The notes beneath the pieces are model-generated. The model ran no database searches, was not told the origin of the DNA, and saw only the letters and a program-made list of their open reading frames with translations. The position numbers were made by a program, and so were the translations under genes. This document shows, in pieces, positions 49,643-60,389 of a stretch of 64,000 nt of DNA. The stretch's first letter is position 1; each line of letters begins with the position of its first letter. The DNA lies in the NCBI GenBank assembly GCA_963666115.2, contig CAXXET010000004.1, positions 160,001-224,000 on the forward strand, written 5' to 3'. Source of the DNA: Dehalococcoidia bacterium (GTDB lineage: Bacteria > Chloroflexota > Dehalococcoidia > UBA6926).

Positions 49643-50416
49643 TTAGGCGAGGAGGGTGATTAGGGCGCCGGCTGTTATGGCGATTCCGGCGGCGGCGACG
49701 AACGGGGCGAGGGTGACGCGGCTCGCCCATGCAAGGATGGCGCGGATGACAACGGCGCCGACGGCCGCCGCCGTCACCACCGCGACAACAGCAGGCCAGC
49801 CGCCGATCGTGTCGGACGTGCTCGCCGCCAAAACCCCCGCCCCGATGCTCGCCGGGATGCCCATGAGCACGCTGAGGACGACGGCCTCGCGGTGGCTGCA
49901 ATCGCGCGCGAGGAGCACGGCGACGGTCAGCCCCGTGCGGCTGAGGCCGGGGATGACGGCCAGCGCCTGCGCGACACCGGCGATGACGGCATCCGCGAGA
50001 GTAACATCATCCCTGCCCCGTTCGCCCTCCCACAGTCCACAGCGGATGATGAATGCGGTGGCAAGCATGGCCACCCCCACAACCAACATCGCCGCACCCC
50101 CCAAGAGATCGGCAAGCTCCCCCAACAAGAAATAGACCGGCACACCAACAACCGCAGTAACCGCCGTGCTTATCCCAAGGAACCGAAGGGGCGCGCCCAT
50201 AGAATCGCGCATCACCGACGTGACCTCCCGCCTCATCGCGATGACCGCAGACAGCGCCGTCCCACCATGCAGCCACAACCCAATCGCGATAGCATCCGAG
50301 GGGGATGCCTCATCGATCCACGTCGCGGCAAGGGCGACAACGCCCTGCGAACTGACGGGAATCCACTCAGTGATTCCCTGGATGATGCCAAGAAGAAAGG
50401 CAGACGCGTTGGACAT
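49643..50416 (-). CDS. uppP: Undecaprenyl-diphosphate phosphatase
   Basis: QGITEWIPVSS.G, HGGT, AQALAVIPGLSRTG. Confidence 0.88.
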   Translation of the reverse strand: MSNASAFLLGIIQGITEWIPVSSQGVVALAATWIDEASPSDAIAIGLWLHGGTALSAVIAMRREVTSVMRDSMGAPLRFLGISTAVTAVVGVPVYFLLGELADLLGGAAMLVVGVAMLATAFIIRCGLWEGERGRDDVTLADAVIAGVAQALAVIPGLSRTGLTVAVLLARDCSHREAVVLSVLMGIPASIGAGVLAASTSDTIGGWPAVVAVVTAAAVGAVVIRAILAWASRVTLAPFVAAAGIAITAGALITLLA

Positions 50417-50489
50417 GTAGGCACTAGATGATTGTAGGAGGCTTGGTGAGCCTGTCCGGCATTACAGAGGCAGGCATTTGGCAGTTGGG

Positions 50490-51800
50490 CTAAGCCGTGT
50501 CTGGCGGAATTGGCGGTGCCCAAAGCCCCAGTTGGGCGTTCACAAGACTATCGACAACTGTTTCGGAACCAAGCTCGCCTCTTGCAACAAGCAAGTGTTG
50601 GCGCAGGAGTTGATGCAGATCTACATAAACTGCTCCAGCAATCTCGGCAGCCTCTCTAACGTTGGAGTCCGGCTTAGGTCGGATGGCCGGGTCTAAATTG
50701 CGGTGCGGATTGGCAACCCACAGAGTCAGTTGCGGCGGATGGCCCTCCTCGCTGCTGTACCGATCGCGGTATTCCCTGATTTGGCGGGTGTCACTCGTCC
50801 TCGGACCATTCACATAACCCTTAACTTCGACTATAGCTTCCCAATTCGGAACTCCATTGTGCGTGAGCCGCAGGTCTTCACGTTTAGGTTTTCCCACTTT
50901 CAAGTCCGCATCCATGTCTCGGACATTGAAGCCAATGCCGGATAGAATCTCATTGACTGCGGATGTCAGCGCCTCTCCGTCTTCCCAAAGAGCGCTCCGT
51001 ATCCCTTGGTCAGCTCTTTGAGTTTCCGCAGCCAGCAAAGTTTCAATCTCATCGCGTTCGGCAATCAGAGCGGCGATACTTGAATCGATGTCCATAATCC
51101 GGTTCGCAAGATTGTGTTCTTCTGGTGTGTGCAAGTCCACCTGCTTACTGAGGCGAGGCGGCGTTTCAGGAACCCGGGTGGGGTCACTCTCATGTACATC
51201 TGCGAGGAATGCCCGAAACCATGCCGCGAGGCTGGAGACTGTTGGAAGTAGGAGCGCAACCGGTTGAGCCGAAATACCTGCCGGTGCGTCATTCCGCTTA
51301 GGTAATGCGATCCTCATTGCCACAGCGTTCCCAGAAGTTGTTATTATCAGCGGGCTTGAAAGTTTCCTAGATGTCCTGATGATTCCCGGTGGTATGTTGG
51401 ATGCCCTGAATTTGCTGACTAGCTCAGTAGCCAACTCGTTGTACGGATCCGGGCATGAGTCACTAATTGACATCTCACGCTCTGTATTGCGTCCGAGAGA
51501 AGCCTGATGGTTCAGCTCGCTAAGTCCCGTGCTGTCTCGGTACTTGTCCTCCCAGGCGAAATTCCACCCTTCAACCGCCAGCATGCTGACACCTGGACTA
51601 ACGTAACTCGTCTGCGATCTATCGGGCAACCGCAAGAAGTTCTTAACTAACAACACGTCCGTCTCTTTCCAGCTATACTCACTCAGGTAGGCATCCAAGC
51701 TGGCTGCCCGCCGGGGCGTCCCACAGAGCGCCATGATCGACTCCCATTCAGAGTCATCCAGCCCGATCACAGCTACTCTCGGCCGCTTTACTGTCGCCAC
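50490..51800 (-). CDS. Hypothetical protein with coiled coil and C-terminal PD-(D/E)xK-like nuclease motif
   Basis: Low GC; GTG 51800 with GGAGA RBS; REDLRL...AIVEVKG...DTRQI after coiled coil. Confidence 0.65.
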   Translation of the reverse strand: MATVKRPRVAVIGLDDSEWESIMALCGTPRRAASLDAYLSEYSWKETDVLLVKNFLRLPDRSQTSYVSPGVSMLAVEGWNFAWEDKYRDSTGLSELNHQASLGRNTEREMSISDSCPDPYNELATELVSKFRASNIPPGIIRTSRKLSSPLIITTSGNAVAMRIALPKRNDAPAGISAQPVALLLPTVSSLAAWFRAFLADVHESDPTRVPETPPRLSKQVDLHTPEEHNLANRIMDIDSSIAALIAERDEIETLLAAETQRADQGIRSALWEDGEALTSAVNEILSGIGFNVRDMDADLKVGKPKREDLRLTHNGVPNWEAIVEVKGYVNGPRTSDTRQIREYRDRYSSEEGHPPQLTLWVANPHRNLDPAIRPKPDSNVREAAEIAGAVYVDLHQLLRQHLLVARGELGSETVVDSLVNAQLGLWAPPIPPDTA

Positions 51801-51993
51801 AATGATTCTCCACTTTCTTTCGCTTACCCCACACGCCACATCAGCATTTTACTCAATATTGGCCTTTGCCGCAGAAGGGGGGAGGGTTCTGGCGAATGGT
51901 GCTTCCGTCGCTTGCGCAGATCAAGATTCCCGTTTTCGCGGGAATGATGGAGGAGGTTATGACCCTTCGACACACTCGGGGTGAAACGGGCGG

Positions 51994-53634
51994 CTAGAGG
52001 AGGGGGCTCGGAACGGCGAGATTGGGCACGCCGTTGCCGCGGCGCGCGGCGGAACGTGGGGGACTGGGAGAGGCCGAGCTGGGGGATGGCGGGGCCGTTG
52101 CCGTTCAGGATGTCCTCAACGGTGGCGATTTGGACGCGCGGGAATTGGCGATCCGGGAATGCCTCCGGCACGTAGAATCCGGCGGCGGTGGCTTCGTCGG
52201 TCATTGGCCTGGTGGGCGGCTCTAGGGTGATGAGCAGGCCCATCTCCGCGTTCTCACGCTCCATGTCGCCCTTGAGGGTGGCGATGACGTTGCGGCCAAC
52301 CTGCCCGCTCTTGACCTGGACAATGACGGTTTTGGCCTTGCCGGAGTTATCGTCGAAGAAGTTGATGTAGCCGTCGACGCCGGAGTCTGCGCCCTTGCGC
52401 CGCTCATTTGCGGGACGCGCCCTCTACCAAGCCAAGCGCCCAATACTCGAACTGGTAGCGGCCCGTGTTGCCGCCCTCAAGTGAGAGGGCGCGGGCGCTC
52501 TCCGTGTCTGCGGGCGAGCCAACGACCTCATAGTCGGACAGGTCATCGCCGAACGAGTCGCGCAGGCGGCTCTTCATCAGGGATATGGCGAGATGGGTAA
52601 CGTCGATGCCGATCCATTTGCGGTTGAGCCGCTCGGCGACAGCGATGGCGGTGCCGCAGCCGCAGAACGGATCAAGGACAACATCGCCCTCGTTGCTGGA
52701 CGCGGAGATGATGCGTTCAAGAAGAGCCTCGGGCTTTTGGGTGGGGTAGCCGAGGCGTTCTTTGGCTTGTGGATTAATCGGTGGAATGTCCGACCACAAC
52801 TCATGCGCAGCTTGGCCGTCTAGCTCATCAAGAAACCGCTTCAGTTGCGGAATCCTACTACCAGTGTAGATGCGCCCTTCTTGCTCCAACTGAAGCATCC
52901 GCTCCTGAGTGAATCGCCATGGCTTGGTGATTCCGTGAAACTCATACACAGGCCCTCGGCCTGCAGGCGGATTGAGGTTGTCCAACCTGAATTGGCGACC
53001 ATCTTCGTCAGAGTGCCGGAACTTTGAGTTCACATACTCATCTGAGAATGGCACGCGTTGCTGGTTAAAGACGTGTTGGCTGCTGCGGCTGTAGTACAGG
53101 ATCCTGTCGCTGACCCTGCCGAATCGCTTAGCATCCGCATGAAAATTGAATCGCTTCCACGTAATCTCGTTGCGGAAATTATCTTGCCCGAAGACGGCGT
53201 CCATGAGGAGCTTGAGGTAGTGGGCTGGCGGTGGGGTCGCAGTGGAGGTAGATGCTGCCCGTCGGCTTGAGGACGCGGTGCAGCTCCACCATCCGCGGGG
53301 CCATCATGGTCAGGTAAGCCATCATGTCGTTCTGGCCGAGGAACGTCCGCATGGCCTGGAGCATGTCCGCGAGACGCTTGGGGCCGCTCGTGACGACCTG
53401 CTGGTAGGCCCATTCGGCCTCCGTGCTCCAGTGCCACGTGTCGTCGAATGCCTGGATTTGGGCGGCGGACTCGCTGCTGTCGTGCTCGCGGAAAAGGACG
53501 TTGTACGTCGCGTTGGAGTTGAACGGCGGATCGAGGTAGATGAGATCGACGCTCTCATCGGGGACGTGCTCCCGCATGATGGGGAGGTTGTCTCCGAAGT
53601 GGAGGCGGTTGCGCCAATCGGTTGGGGTGGTCAT
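51994..53634 (-). CDS. N6/N4 DNA methyltransferase fused to Mrr-like domain (apparent +1 frameshifts at ~53223, ~52421, probably ~52004)
   Basis: [35 protein letters not shown], then FEYW, DSGVDG, VQVKSG; uncorrected last frame runs to 51824. Confidence 0.85.
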
Positions 53635-53779
53635 GGGGTAATGATAACGGGCTGAGAGACGGCGGCGCTATACGCCGTGACGGCCCCCGCCTACGCAGGG
53701 GAGTCGGAGGGGGCGGGGTATGATTGAAGGAGTCGGAGAGAGGTACCCTTCGACAGGCTCAAGGTGAACGGGGGAGGTG

Positions 53780-55624
53780 ATGTGCGGGATTATGGGATAT
53801 ACCGGGGATCGGCAGGCGATGCCGATTGTTTTGGACGGGTTGTCCCGGATTGAGTACCGCGGGTATGACTCCGCAGGCATCGCGATTCTTGGGCCGTCCG
53901 GGGTGTTTGGGACGAATAAGGCTGTCGGCAAGCTGGATGCTTTGCGCGCCGATTTGGAGGGGTCGTTCGTCTCGGGGTCGCTCGGGCTGGGGCATACGCG
54001 ATGGGCCACGCACGGCGCGCCCTCCCTGGCCAACGCACACCCGCACATGGACTGCACCGGACGGGTGGCCGTGGTGCAGAACGGGATCGTCGAGAATTAC
54101 AGCGAGCTCGCAGCGCAACTCGTCTCGCGCGGGCACCGGTTCACGTCGCAGACGGACACGGAGGTGCTGCCGCACCTGATTGAGGAGGCACTGGATCGCG
54201 GCCTTGATCCCGTCGACGCGGTGAAGTCGATCATGCCGGACATGCACGGGGCGCTGGTGTTCCTGGTGGCGTGCTCGCAGGAGCCTGAGACGCTGATTGC
54301 GGTGCGGGCGGGCAACGCGGGGGGGCTGGTGATCGGCGCGGGAGAGGGTGAGACGTACGCGGCGAGCGATCTGCCGGCGCTGGCGCCGCTGACGCGGCGG
54401 GCGATGCCGCTGAACAACGGCGAGATCGCGGTGCTGCGGCCGGGCGGGGCGGAGGTGTCCACGCTGAACGGGGAGCCGGTGGCGCGGGAGTTCACGGAGG
54501 TGACGCGGGACCCGCTGCGGGCGGCGAAAGGCATGTACAAGCACTTCATGCTGAAGGAGATCATGGAGCAGCCGCAGGCGCTGACGGACGCGCTGCGGGG
54601 TCGCATCGATTTGGGATCAGGGCGGCTTGAGCCGGACTACGGGCCGGGGCTGTCCGAGCGGCTGGCCAAGGCGCGGCGCATCATCCTGACGGGGTGCGGG
54701 TCAAGCTATCACGCGGCGCTCGTGGGTCGGCATTATTTTGAGACGCTCGCCGGGGTTCGCGTGGAGGCGGAAGTGGCCTCCGAACTGCGGCACCGCAACG
54801 CGCTCATCGGCGAGGGCGACCTTCTCATCGCGATCACGCAGTCGGGTGAGACGCTCGATACGCTCGCCGCGCTGGACTATGCGTCACAACGGGGCGCGGA
54901 CTGCGTGGCGGTGACGAATGCGCTGGACAGCGAGGCAGCGCGAATCGCCTGCGAGACGATGGACATGCGGTCCGGGCTCGAGGTGGGGGTGGCGGCGACC
55001 AAGAGCTTTACGTCCGCGATCCTGTGCCTGTATCTGCTGGCCATCGACGCGGCGGCAGGCCGCGGCGCAATGAGCGAGGATGAGGTGAGCCGCCATCTGC
55101 TTGACCTGGAGCGCCTGCCGGGAATCGTGAGCGAGATGCTGGAACGGGGAGACGTGATCCGGGCCGTCGCGGAACGGTTGACGGCGAATGAGAATTGCCT
55201 GTTGCTGGGGCGTGGGCCGCTCTACCCCATCGCGCTGGAGGGGGCGTTGAAGCTGAAGGAGGTCGCGTACATCCACGCGGAGGGCAGCGCGGGGGGCGAG
55301 ATGAAGCACGGCCCAATCGCCTTGATTGACCAATCAATGCCGACAATCGCGCTTGCCTGTGAGGGTGGTCTCCGTGACCGCATGGCCATCAACATCTCAG
55401 AGATCAAGGCCCGCGCCGGCCACGTGATCGGCCTGCTAACAGACGGCGACGATGAGCTTGAGGGCCAGGCGGACGAAGCAATCTTCACCCCCAAAACACC
55501 GGAGCACCTGGTTCCCATTGCGGCGACGGTGCCGCTACAAATGCTGGCCTACGAAATCGGCCTCCTCCGAGGCGCAGACATAGACCAACCGCGCAACCTC
55601 GCAAAGTCAGTAACGGTGGAATGA
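53780..55624 (+). CDS. glmS: Glutamine-fructose-6-phosphate transaminase
   Basis: MCGI, EYRGYDSAG, GHTRWATHG, QSGET.DT, KLKE, PRNLAKSVTVE. Confidence 0.97.
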   Translation: MCGIMGYTGDRQAMPIVLDGLSRIEYRGYDSAGIAILGPSGVFGTNKAVGKLDALRADLEGSFVSGSLGLGHTRWATHGAPSLANAHPHMDCTGRVAVVQNGIVENYSELAAQLVSRGHRFTSQTDTEVLPHLIEEALDRGLDPVDAVKSIMPDMHGALVFLVACSQEPETLIAVRAGNAGGLVIGAGEGETYAASDLPALAPLTRRAMPLNNGEIAVLRPGGAEVSTLNGEPVAREFTEVTRDPLRAAKGMYKHFMLKEIMEQPQALTDALRGRIDLGSGRLEPDYGPGLSERLAKARRIILTGCGSSYHAALVGRHYFETLAGVRVEAEVASELRHRNALIGEGDLLIAITQSGETLDTLAALDYASQRGADCVAVTNALDSEAARIACETMDMRSGLEVGVAATKSFTSAILCLYLLAIDAAAGRGAMSEDEVSRHLLDLERLPGIVSEMLERGDVIRAVAERLTANENCLLLGRGPLYPIALEGALKLKEVAYIHAEGSAGGEMKHGPIALIDQSMPTIALACEGGLRDRMAINISEIKARAGHVIGLLTDGDDELEGQADEAIFTPKTPEHLVPIAATVPLQMLAYEIGLLRGADIDQPRNLAKSVTVE

Positions 55625-55630
55625 GTCAAA

Positions 55631-55705
55631 TGGAGCGGGGGACGGGAATTGAACCCGCGACAACCTGCTTGGAAGGCAGGAGCTCTACCACTGAGCTACC
55701 CCCGC
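55631..55705 (-). tRNA. tRNA-Gly (TCC)
   Basis: GCGGGGG..CCCCCGC-T-CCA-type acceptor; loop CTTCCAA. Confidence 0.95.
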
Positions 55706-55731
55706 GTGCTTTCTATTGTATGTGTACGGGG

Positions 55732-56613
55732 TTACTCGCGCGGCCTGGAGCGGGGGCCGAAGGGCTCCGGCTGGAAGGGGCCGTCGCGGAGTTGGAGGAA
55801 GGCGCGCAGGCCGCCCTCCTTCTGCGCGTCCATCATGTCCTTCTTGAAGTCGGCGCGCTGCGAGCTCTGCACGTGGGCGGACAACTCATCGTTCAGCACG
55901 AGGGCGTTGCGGAGTCCCATCATCTCCAGCCCCATCGTCGCCACGTAGAGGTTGATCTTGACCGTCTCCGGAGAGACCAACGCGATGCGCTCCACCACGC
56001 GGAAGCAGTGCTCCAGCAGGTCATCGCCCGGCACCACCTCGTTCACGAGGCCGATGCGGAGGGCTTCCTGGGCGTCAATGTGGTCGCCCGTCAGGCCATA
56101 GCGGAGGGCGTGCTTGTAGCCGGCGTTGAGCGTCCAGAAGAAGTTGGTGTTGGAAATCATGCGGATTTCGGGCTGGGCGAAGACTGCTTCCTCCGCCGCG
56201 TACGTCATGTGCGACGCCAGCGCGTACCACGATCCGCCGCCCATGCACCAGCCGTTGACTGCCGCGATGACAGGCTTGGTCAGCTCCCAGATTTGCAGCA
56301 GCTTGGCCGTCTCGCCGCGTGAGCGGTCACGCCAATCATCCAGCAGCGCCGCCGCGCTCCACCCCTCCGGCATCCCATACGGCCACACCGTCTCGGGGCG
56401 GCCGCCGCCGATGTCGTAGCCGGAGGAGAACGCCCTGCCCGCGCCCGTCAGCACAATCGCCCGCACCTCGGGATCATTCTCCGCCTCGGTCAGCGCCTCG
56501 GACACGTCATGCTCCAGTTGGCGGCTGATGGCGTTCAGCGTTTCGGGCCGGTTCAGCGTGATCAACACGCCGTTGCGCTGCTTCTCATAGAGGACGGTTT
56601 CATAATTGGGCAT
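55732..56613 (-). CDS. Enoyl-CoA hydratase/isomerase-family protein (paralogue 4)
   Basis: TLNRPE.LNA, GRAFSSGYD, KPVIAAVNGWCMGGG, QPE. Confidence 0.9.
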   Translation of the reverse strand: MPNYETVLYEKQRNGVLITLNRPETLNAISRQLEHDVSEALTEAENDPEVRAIVLTGAGRAFSSGYDIGGGRPETVWPYGMPEGWSAAALLDDWRDRSRGETAKLLQIWELTKPVIAAVNGWCMGGGSWYALASHMTYAAEEAVFAQPEIRMISNTNFFWTLNAGYKHALRYGLTGDHIDAQEALRIGLVNEVVPGDDLLEHCFRVVERIALVSPETVKINLYVATMGLEMMGLRNALVLNDELSAHVQSSQRADFKKDMMDAQKEGGLRAFLQLRDGPFQPEPFGPRSRPRE

Positions 56614-56716
56614 GGGTTTGCTCGCTTTCTTGTGTGGGGTCGCTGTGCATATGGTAGCAAAGGTGAGGGGGGGTGGGGTGACCCTTCGATTACGCTCAGG
56701 GTGACAGGAGGGTGGC

Positions 56717-57385
56717 TCAGGGTAAACGAGGGGCAGAGAGGGCGAGGGCTTCTATGATTTCGCCGGTGGCGGCAGTGCCGCCGAGGATTAGATCGATGAT
56801 GCGGAGCGTCGGCCCCTGTAAATCAGGCGCCCACGACGCCGTGCCGTCTGCGGCGACGATCACGTCCAGGTCGCGCACGTTGGCGTCGAATGCCGTATGG
56901 AGAACGCAGGCGTAGGTGATTGTGCCTGCGAGGATGACGGTGCGAATGCCGCGGCGGCGCAGCGCCGTCTCCAAATCGGTGCCAAAGAATGCGGAGAAGC
57001 TGCGCTTGGTGACAACGTATTCGCCGTCTTGCGGGACGAGGGCATCGTGGATTTCCGCGCCCCACGTGCCGGGCATGAGGGCCGGGCCGCCGGGCGCGTC
57101 CGCCACTGCCCCAAACGTCTGCGCCACCACTTTGTGGATCAGGTGGACGGCGTCCGGTGAATCGTCACGCTCGATTCGCGTATGGACGATGAATAGGCCT
57201 GCCTGCCGCGCCGCCTCCAGCAGCGCCGCCATCGGCGGAATGCCGTCCGTCACCAGTTGGGGGTCAAGGCCGAGGGGTTCGACGCGGTCCGCGGCGCGGG
57301 CGTAGAAGCCGTCAGGGTGGCAGAAATCGTTCTGCATATCGACGACGATGAGGGCGGCGGTTTGGGGGGTGATTTGGAGGTTCAT
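56717..57385 (-). CDS. Isochorismatase-family cysteine hydrolase
   Basis: VDMQNDF, KRSFSAF, T..CV..TA.DA. Confidence 0.9.
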   Translation of the reverse strand: MNLQITPQTAALIVVDMQNDFCHPDGFYARAADRVEPLGLDPQLVTDGIPPMAALLEAARQAGLFIVHTRIERDDSPDAVHLIHKVVAQTFGAVADAPGGPALMPGTWGAEIHDALVPQDGEYVVTKRSFSAFFGTDLETALRRRGIRTVILAGTITYACVLHTAFDANVRDLDVIVAADGTASWAPDLQGPTLRIIDLILGGTAATGEIIEALALSAPRLP

Positions 57386-57515
57386 GGGTTTGCATTACTT
57401 GATTGGGTTGCACAATGGGGTTTAGATTCCCGCTTTCGCGGGAATGACGGAGGGGGATGTAGGGGCGGTTCGCGAACCGCCCCTACCGGTTTCCGAATCC
57501 GTGCCGCTTTGACGA

Positions 57516-58397
57516 CTAGCCGCCTCGCGCGGCGGCGGAGCGGGGGCCGAACGGCTCCGGCTGGAATGGGCCGTCTCGCTGCTGGAGGAACCCGCGCATC
57601 CCGCCTTCCTCGCGCGCCTGCTCCAGCGGGCGCATGACGTCCTCGCGCTTGGAGGCGTGGGCGAAGGCGGAAAGCTCGCCGTTGAGGATGAGCGCGTTGC
57701 GGAGGCCCATCATCTCCAGCCCCATCGTCGCCACGTACAGGTTGATCTTCACCGTCTCCGGCGACACCAGCGCGATACGCTCGCCGATCTTGAAGCACTC
57801 CTCGATCAGGTCGTCCTGCGGAATGATCTGGTTGATGATCCCAATCCGCAGCGCCTCCTCGGCGTCGATGTGGTCGCCGGTGAGGCTGTAGCGCAGCGCG
57901 TGCTTGTAGCCCGCGTTGAGCGTCCAGATGAAGCTGGTGTTGGAGATCATCCGAACCTCAGGCTGCGAGAAGACCGCGGCCTCAGAGGCGTAGGTCATGT
58001 GGGAGAACAGCGCGTACCACGACCCGCCGCCCATGCACCAGCCGTTGACCGCCGCGATGACCGGCTTGGTCAGCTCCCACAGGTGCATGAACCGGTCCGG
58101 CTTGTCGCGCGTCCGCCAGTCATCCAGCATCTGCGCGATGTTCGAGCCCTCCGGCAGGCCATACGGCCACACCGTCGGCGCGCGCCCCCCGGCAATGTCG
58201 TAGCCCGCCGAGAACGCCCGCCCCGCCCCGGTGAGGATGATGTACCGGACCTCGGGATCGGCCTCCGCCTCATCCAGCGCGACGTGCAGTTCGTCCTCCA
58301 GGTCACGGCTCAGCGCGTTCAGTGCCTCCGGACGGTTCAGCGTGATCAGCACGCCTTTCCGCTGCTTGTCATACAGGATATTCTCATAGTCGGCCAT
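57516..58397 (-). CDS. Enoyl-CoA hydratase/isomerase-family protein (paralogue 3)
   Basis: Same motifs; C-terminus RDGPFQPEPFGPRS shared. Confidence 0.9.
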   Translation of the reverse strand: MADYENILYDKQRKGVLITLNRPEALNALSRDLEDELHVALDEAEADPEVRYIILTGAGRAFSAGYDIAGGRAPTVWPYGLPEGSNIAQMLDDWRTRDKPDRFMHLWELTKPVIAAVNGWCMGGGSWYALFSHMTYASEAAVFSQPEVRMISNTSFIWTLNAGYKHALRYSLTGDHIDAEEALRIGIINQIIPQDDLIEECFKIGERIALVSPETVKINLYVATMGLEMMGLRNALILNGELSAFAHASKREDVMRPLEQAREEGGMRGFLQQRDGPFQPEPFGPRSAAARGG

Positions 58398-58417
58398 TGC
58401 TTTCCTCCTTTTGCTGC

Positions 58418-59308
58418 TCAGTCTCGTATTTTGGAGCGCGGCCCGAACGGTTCCGGTTGGAATGGGCCGTCGCGGGTGGTGAGGAACGACCTCAGCCCGC
58501 CCTGCTGCAAACCGTCGAACATGTCCTTGCGATAGTCCTCCCGTCCAGACGAATGCGCCAACGCGGACAATTCGCCGTTCAACTTGAGCGCGTTGGCCAG
58601 CCCCATCATCTCAAGCCCCATCGTCGCAACGTACAGGTTGATCTTCACCGTCTCCGGCGACACCAGCGCGATGCGCTCAACCAGCTGGAACGCCTCGTCC
58701 AGCAAATCGTCATGCGGCACGATCTTGTTGACGATGCCGATTCGCAGCGCCTCCTCCGCGTCGATGTGGTCGCCCGTCAGCGAATACCGCAGCGCGTTCT
58801 TGTACCCTGCCGACAGCACCCAGAAGAAGCTGGTGTTGGAGATGTGGCGCACCTCCGGCTGGCCGAACACGGCCTGATCAGACGCAAGCGTCATGTGCGT
58901 GGCGGTGGCGTACCATGACGCGCCGCCCATGCACCAGCCGTTGATTGCGCCGATGACGGGTTTGGTCAACTCCCACATATGGAGGAGCTTGCGCACGCCG
59001 TCGTTGTCGTTCGTGCGCCAAGAGTCCAGTAGCTCCGCGACGTTCTGGCCGGGCGCGAGGCCGTACGGCCAGACGAACTCGCGCATCGGCGCGTCCGGCG
59101 CGCCCAGGTCGTAGCCGGCGGAGAACGCCCTGCCCGCTCCTGTGAGAACGACGGCGCGAACCTCCGGGTCGGCCTCCGCCTCATCAAGCGCCAGGTGCAG
59201 TTCGTCTTCCATCTGCGGACTGATCGCGTTCAGGGCTTCGGGGCGGTTAAGGGTGATCAGCGCTCCCTTGCGCTGCTTCTCATAGAGGACCTGTTCGTAG
59301 TTGGGCAC
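58418..59308 (-). CDS. Enoyl-CoA hydratase/isomerase-family protein (paralogue 2)
   Basis: Same motifs; GTG start with GGAG RBS. Confidence 0.9.
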   Translation of the reverse strand: MPNYEQVLYEKQRKGALITLNRPEALNAISPQMEDELHLALDEAEADPEVRAVVLTGAGRAFSAGYDLGAPDAPMREFVWPYGLAPGQNVAELLDSWRTNDNDGVRKLLHMWELTKPVIGAINGWCMGGASWYATATHMTLASDQAVFGQPEVRHISNTSFFWVLSAGYKNALRYSLTGDHIDAEEALRIGIVNKIVPHDDLLDEAFQLVERIALVSPETVKINLYVATMGLEMMGLANALKLNGELSALAHSSGREDYRKDMFDGLQQGGLRSFLTTRDGPFQPEPFGPRSKIRD

Positions 59309-59355
59309 TTGCTCTCCTCTCTCTGTTTCTCTCGGTTGTTCGGTGTAAGGCAGCG

Positions 59356-60234
59356 CTACTCCCGCGGCCTCGACCGCGGCCCGAACGGCTCCGGCTGGAA
59401 TGGCCCGTCCCGCGCCTCCAGGTAGCCCCGCAGGCCGCCCTTCTCCTGCGCCTCCACGAACGGGCGGCGGCCCTCTTCGCTCACGGACGTGTGCGCGTGC
59501 GCCGACAACTCCGCGTTCAGGTTAAGCGCGTTGTGCAATCCCATCATTTCGAGGCCCATCGTCGCCACGTACAGGTTGATCTTCACCGTCTCCGGCGACA
59601 CCAGCGCGATACGCTCAACGATCTTGAACGCCTCATCCAGCAGGTCATCGGCGGGGACAATGGTGTTGACGATGCCGATGCGAAGAGCCTCTTCGGCGTC
59701 GATGTGGTCGCCTGTCAGCGCGTAGCGGAGGGCGTTCTTGTAGCCGGCGTTGAGCACCCAGAAGAAGCTGGTGTTGTCCATGTGGCGGACTTCCGGCTGC
59801 GCGAAGACGGCGTTGTCCGCCGCGAGGGTCATGTGGGCCGCGTTGGCGTACCAGGAGCCGCCGCCCATGCACCAGCCGTTCACCGCCGCGATGACCGGCT
59901 TGGTAAGCTCCCACAAGTGCAGGAAATAGCGCATGTTCTTGCGGTCCGACGTGCGCCAGTGATCGAGATGCGCCGCCACGCTCGTGTTCTTGGGCAGCGC
60001 GTACGGCCACTCAAACTCGGCCTCGCCGGAGATGTCATAGCCCGATGAGAATGCCCTGCCCGCCCCGGTGAGGACGATGGCGCGAACCTCGGGATCGGCC
60101 TCCGCCTCGTCCAACGCTTCATGCAGCTCGCGCTCCAACTCCGGGCTGATGGCGTTGAGACGCTCCGGCCTATTGAGGGTTATCAGAACTCCCTTGCGCT
60201 GCTTTTCGTACAGGATGTTGTTGTAGTCGGCCAT
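59356..60234 (-). CDS. Enoyl-CoA hydratase/isomerase-family protein (paralogue 1)
   Basis: Same motifs; GGAGG RBS. Confidence 0.9.
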   Translation of the reverse strand: MADYNNILYEKQRKGVLITLNRPERLNAISPELERELHEALDEAEADPEVRAIVLTGAGRAFSSGYDISGEAEFEWPYALPKNTSVAAHLDHWRTSDRKNMRYFLHLWELTKPVIAAVNGWCMGGGSWYANAAHMTLAADNAVFAQPEVRHMDNTSFFWVLNAGYKNALRYALTGDHIDAEEALRIGIVNTIVPADDLLDEAFKIVERIALVSPETVKINLYVATMGLEMMGLHNALNLNAELSAHAHTSVSEEGRRPFVEAQEKGGLRGYLEARDGPFQPEPFGPRSRPRE

Positions 60235-60389
60235 GAATCAGCCCTCCCCCGTTTATCCCTTATTGGCGCGCAGGCGTACCCCCGCACGCGGCGAGAATAG
60301 CATTGCGGGAATGGCAGGGGCAAGGCGGGAGGCACAAGCGCGTACACTTGCAGTAGCGGATAGTTTCGGATGCGGCGGAGGAGATTCGG

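Noticed and set aside
52000-53230. Phase-variable methyltransferase
   Set aside because: The frameshifts are +1 in runs of only 3-5 nt, the same signature as the error cluster; no long SSR is present
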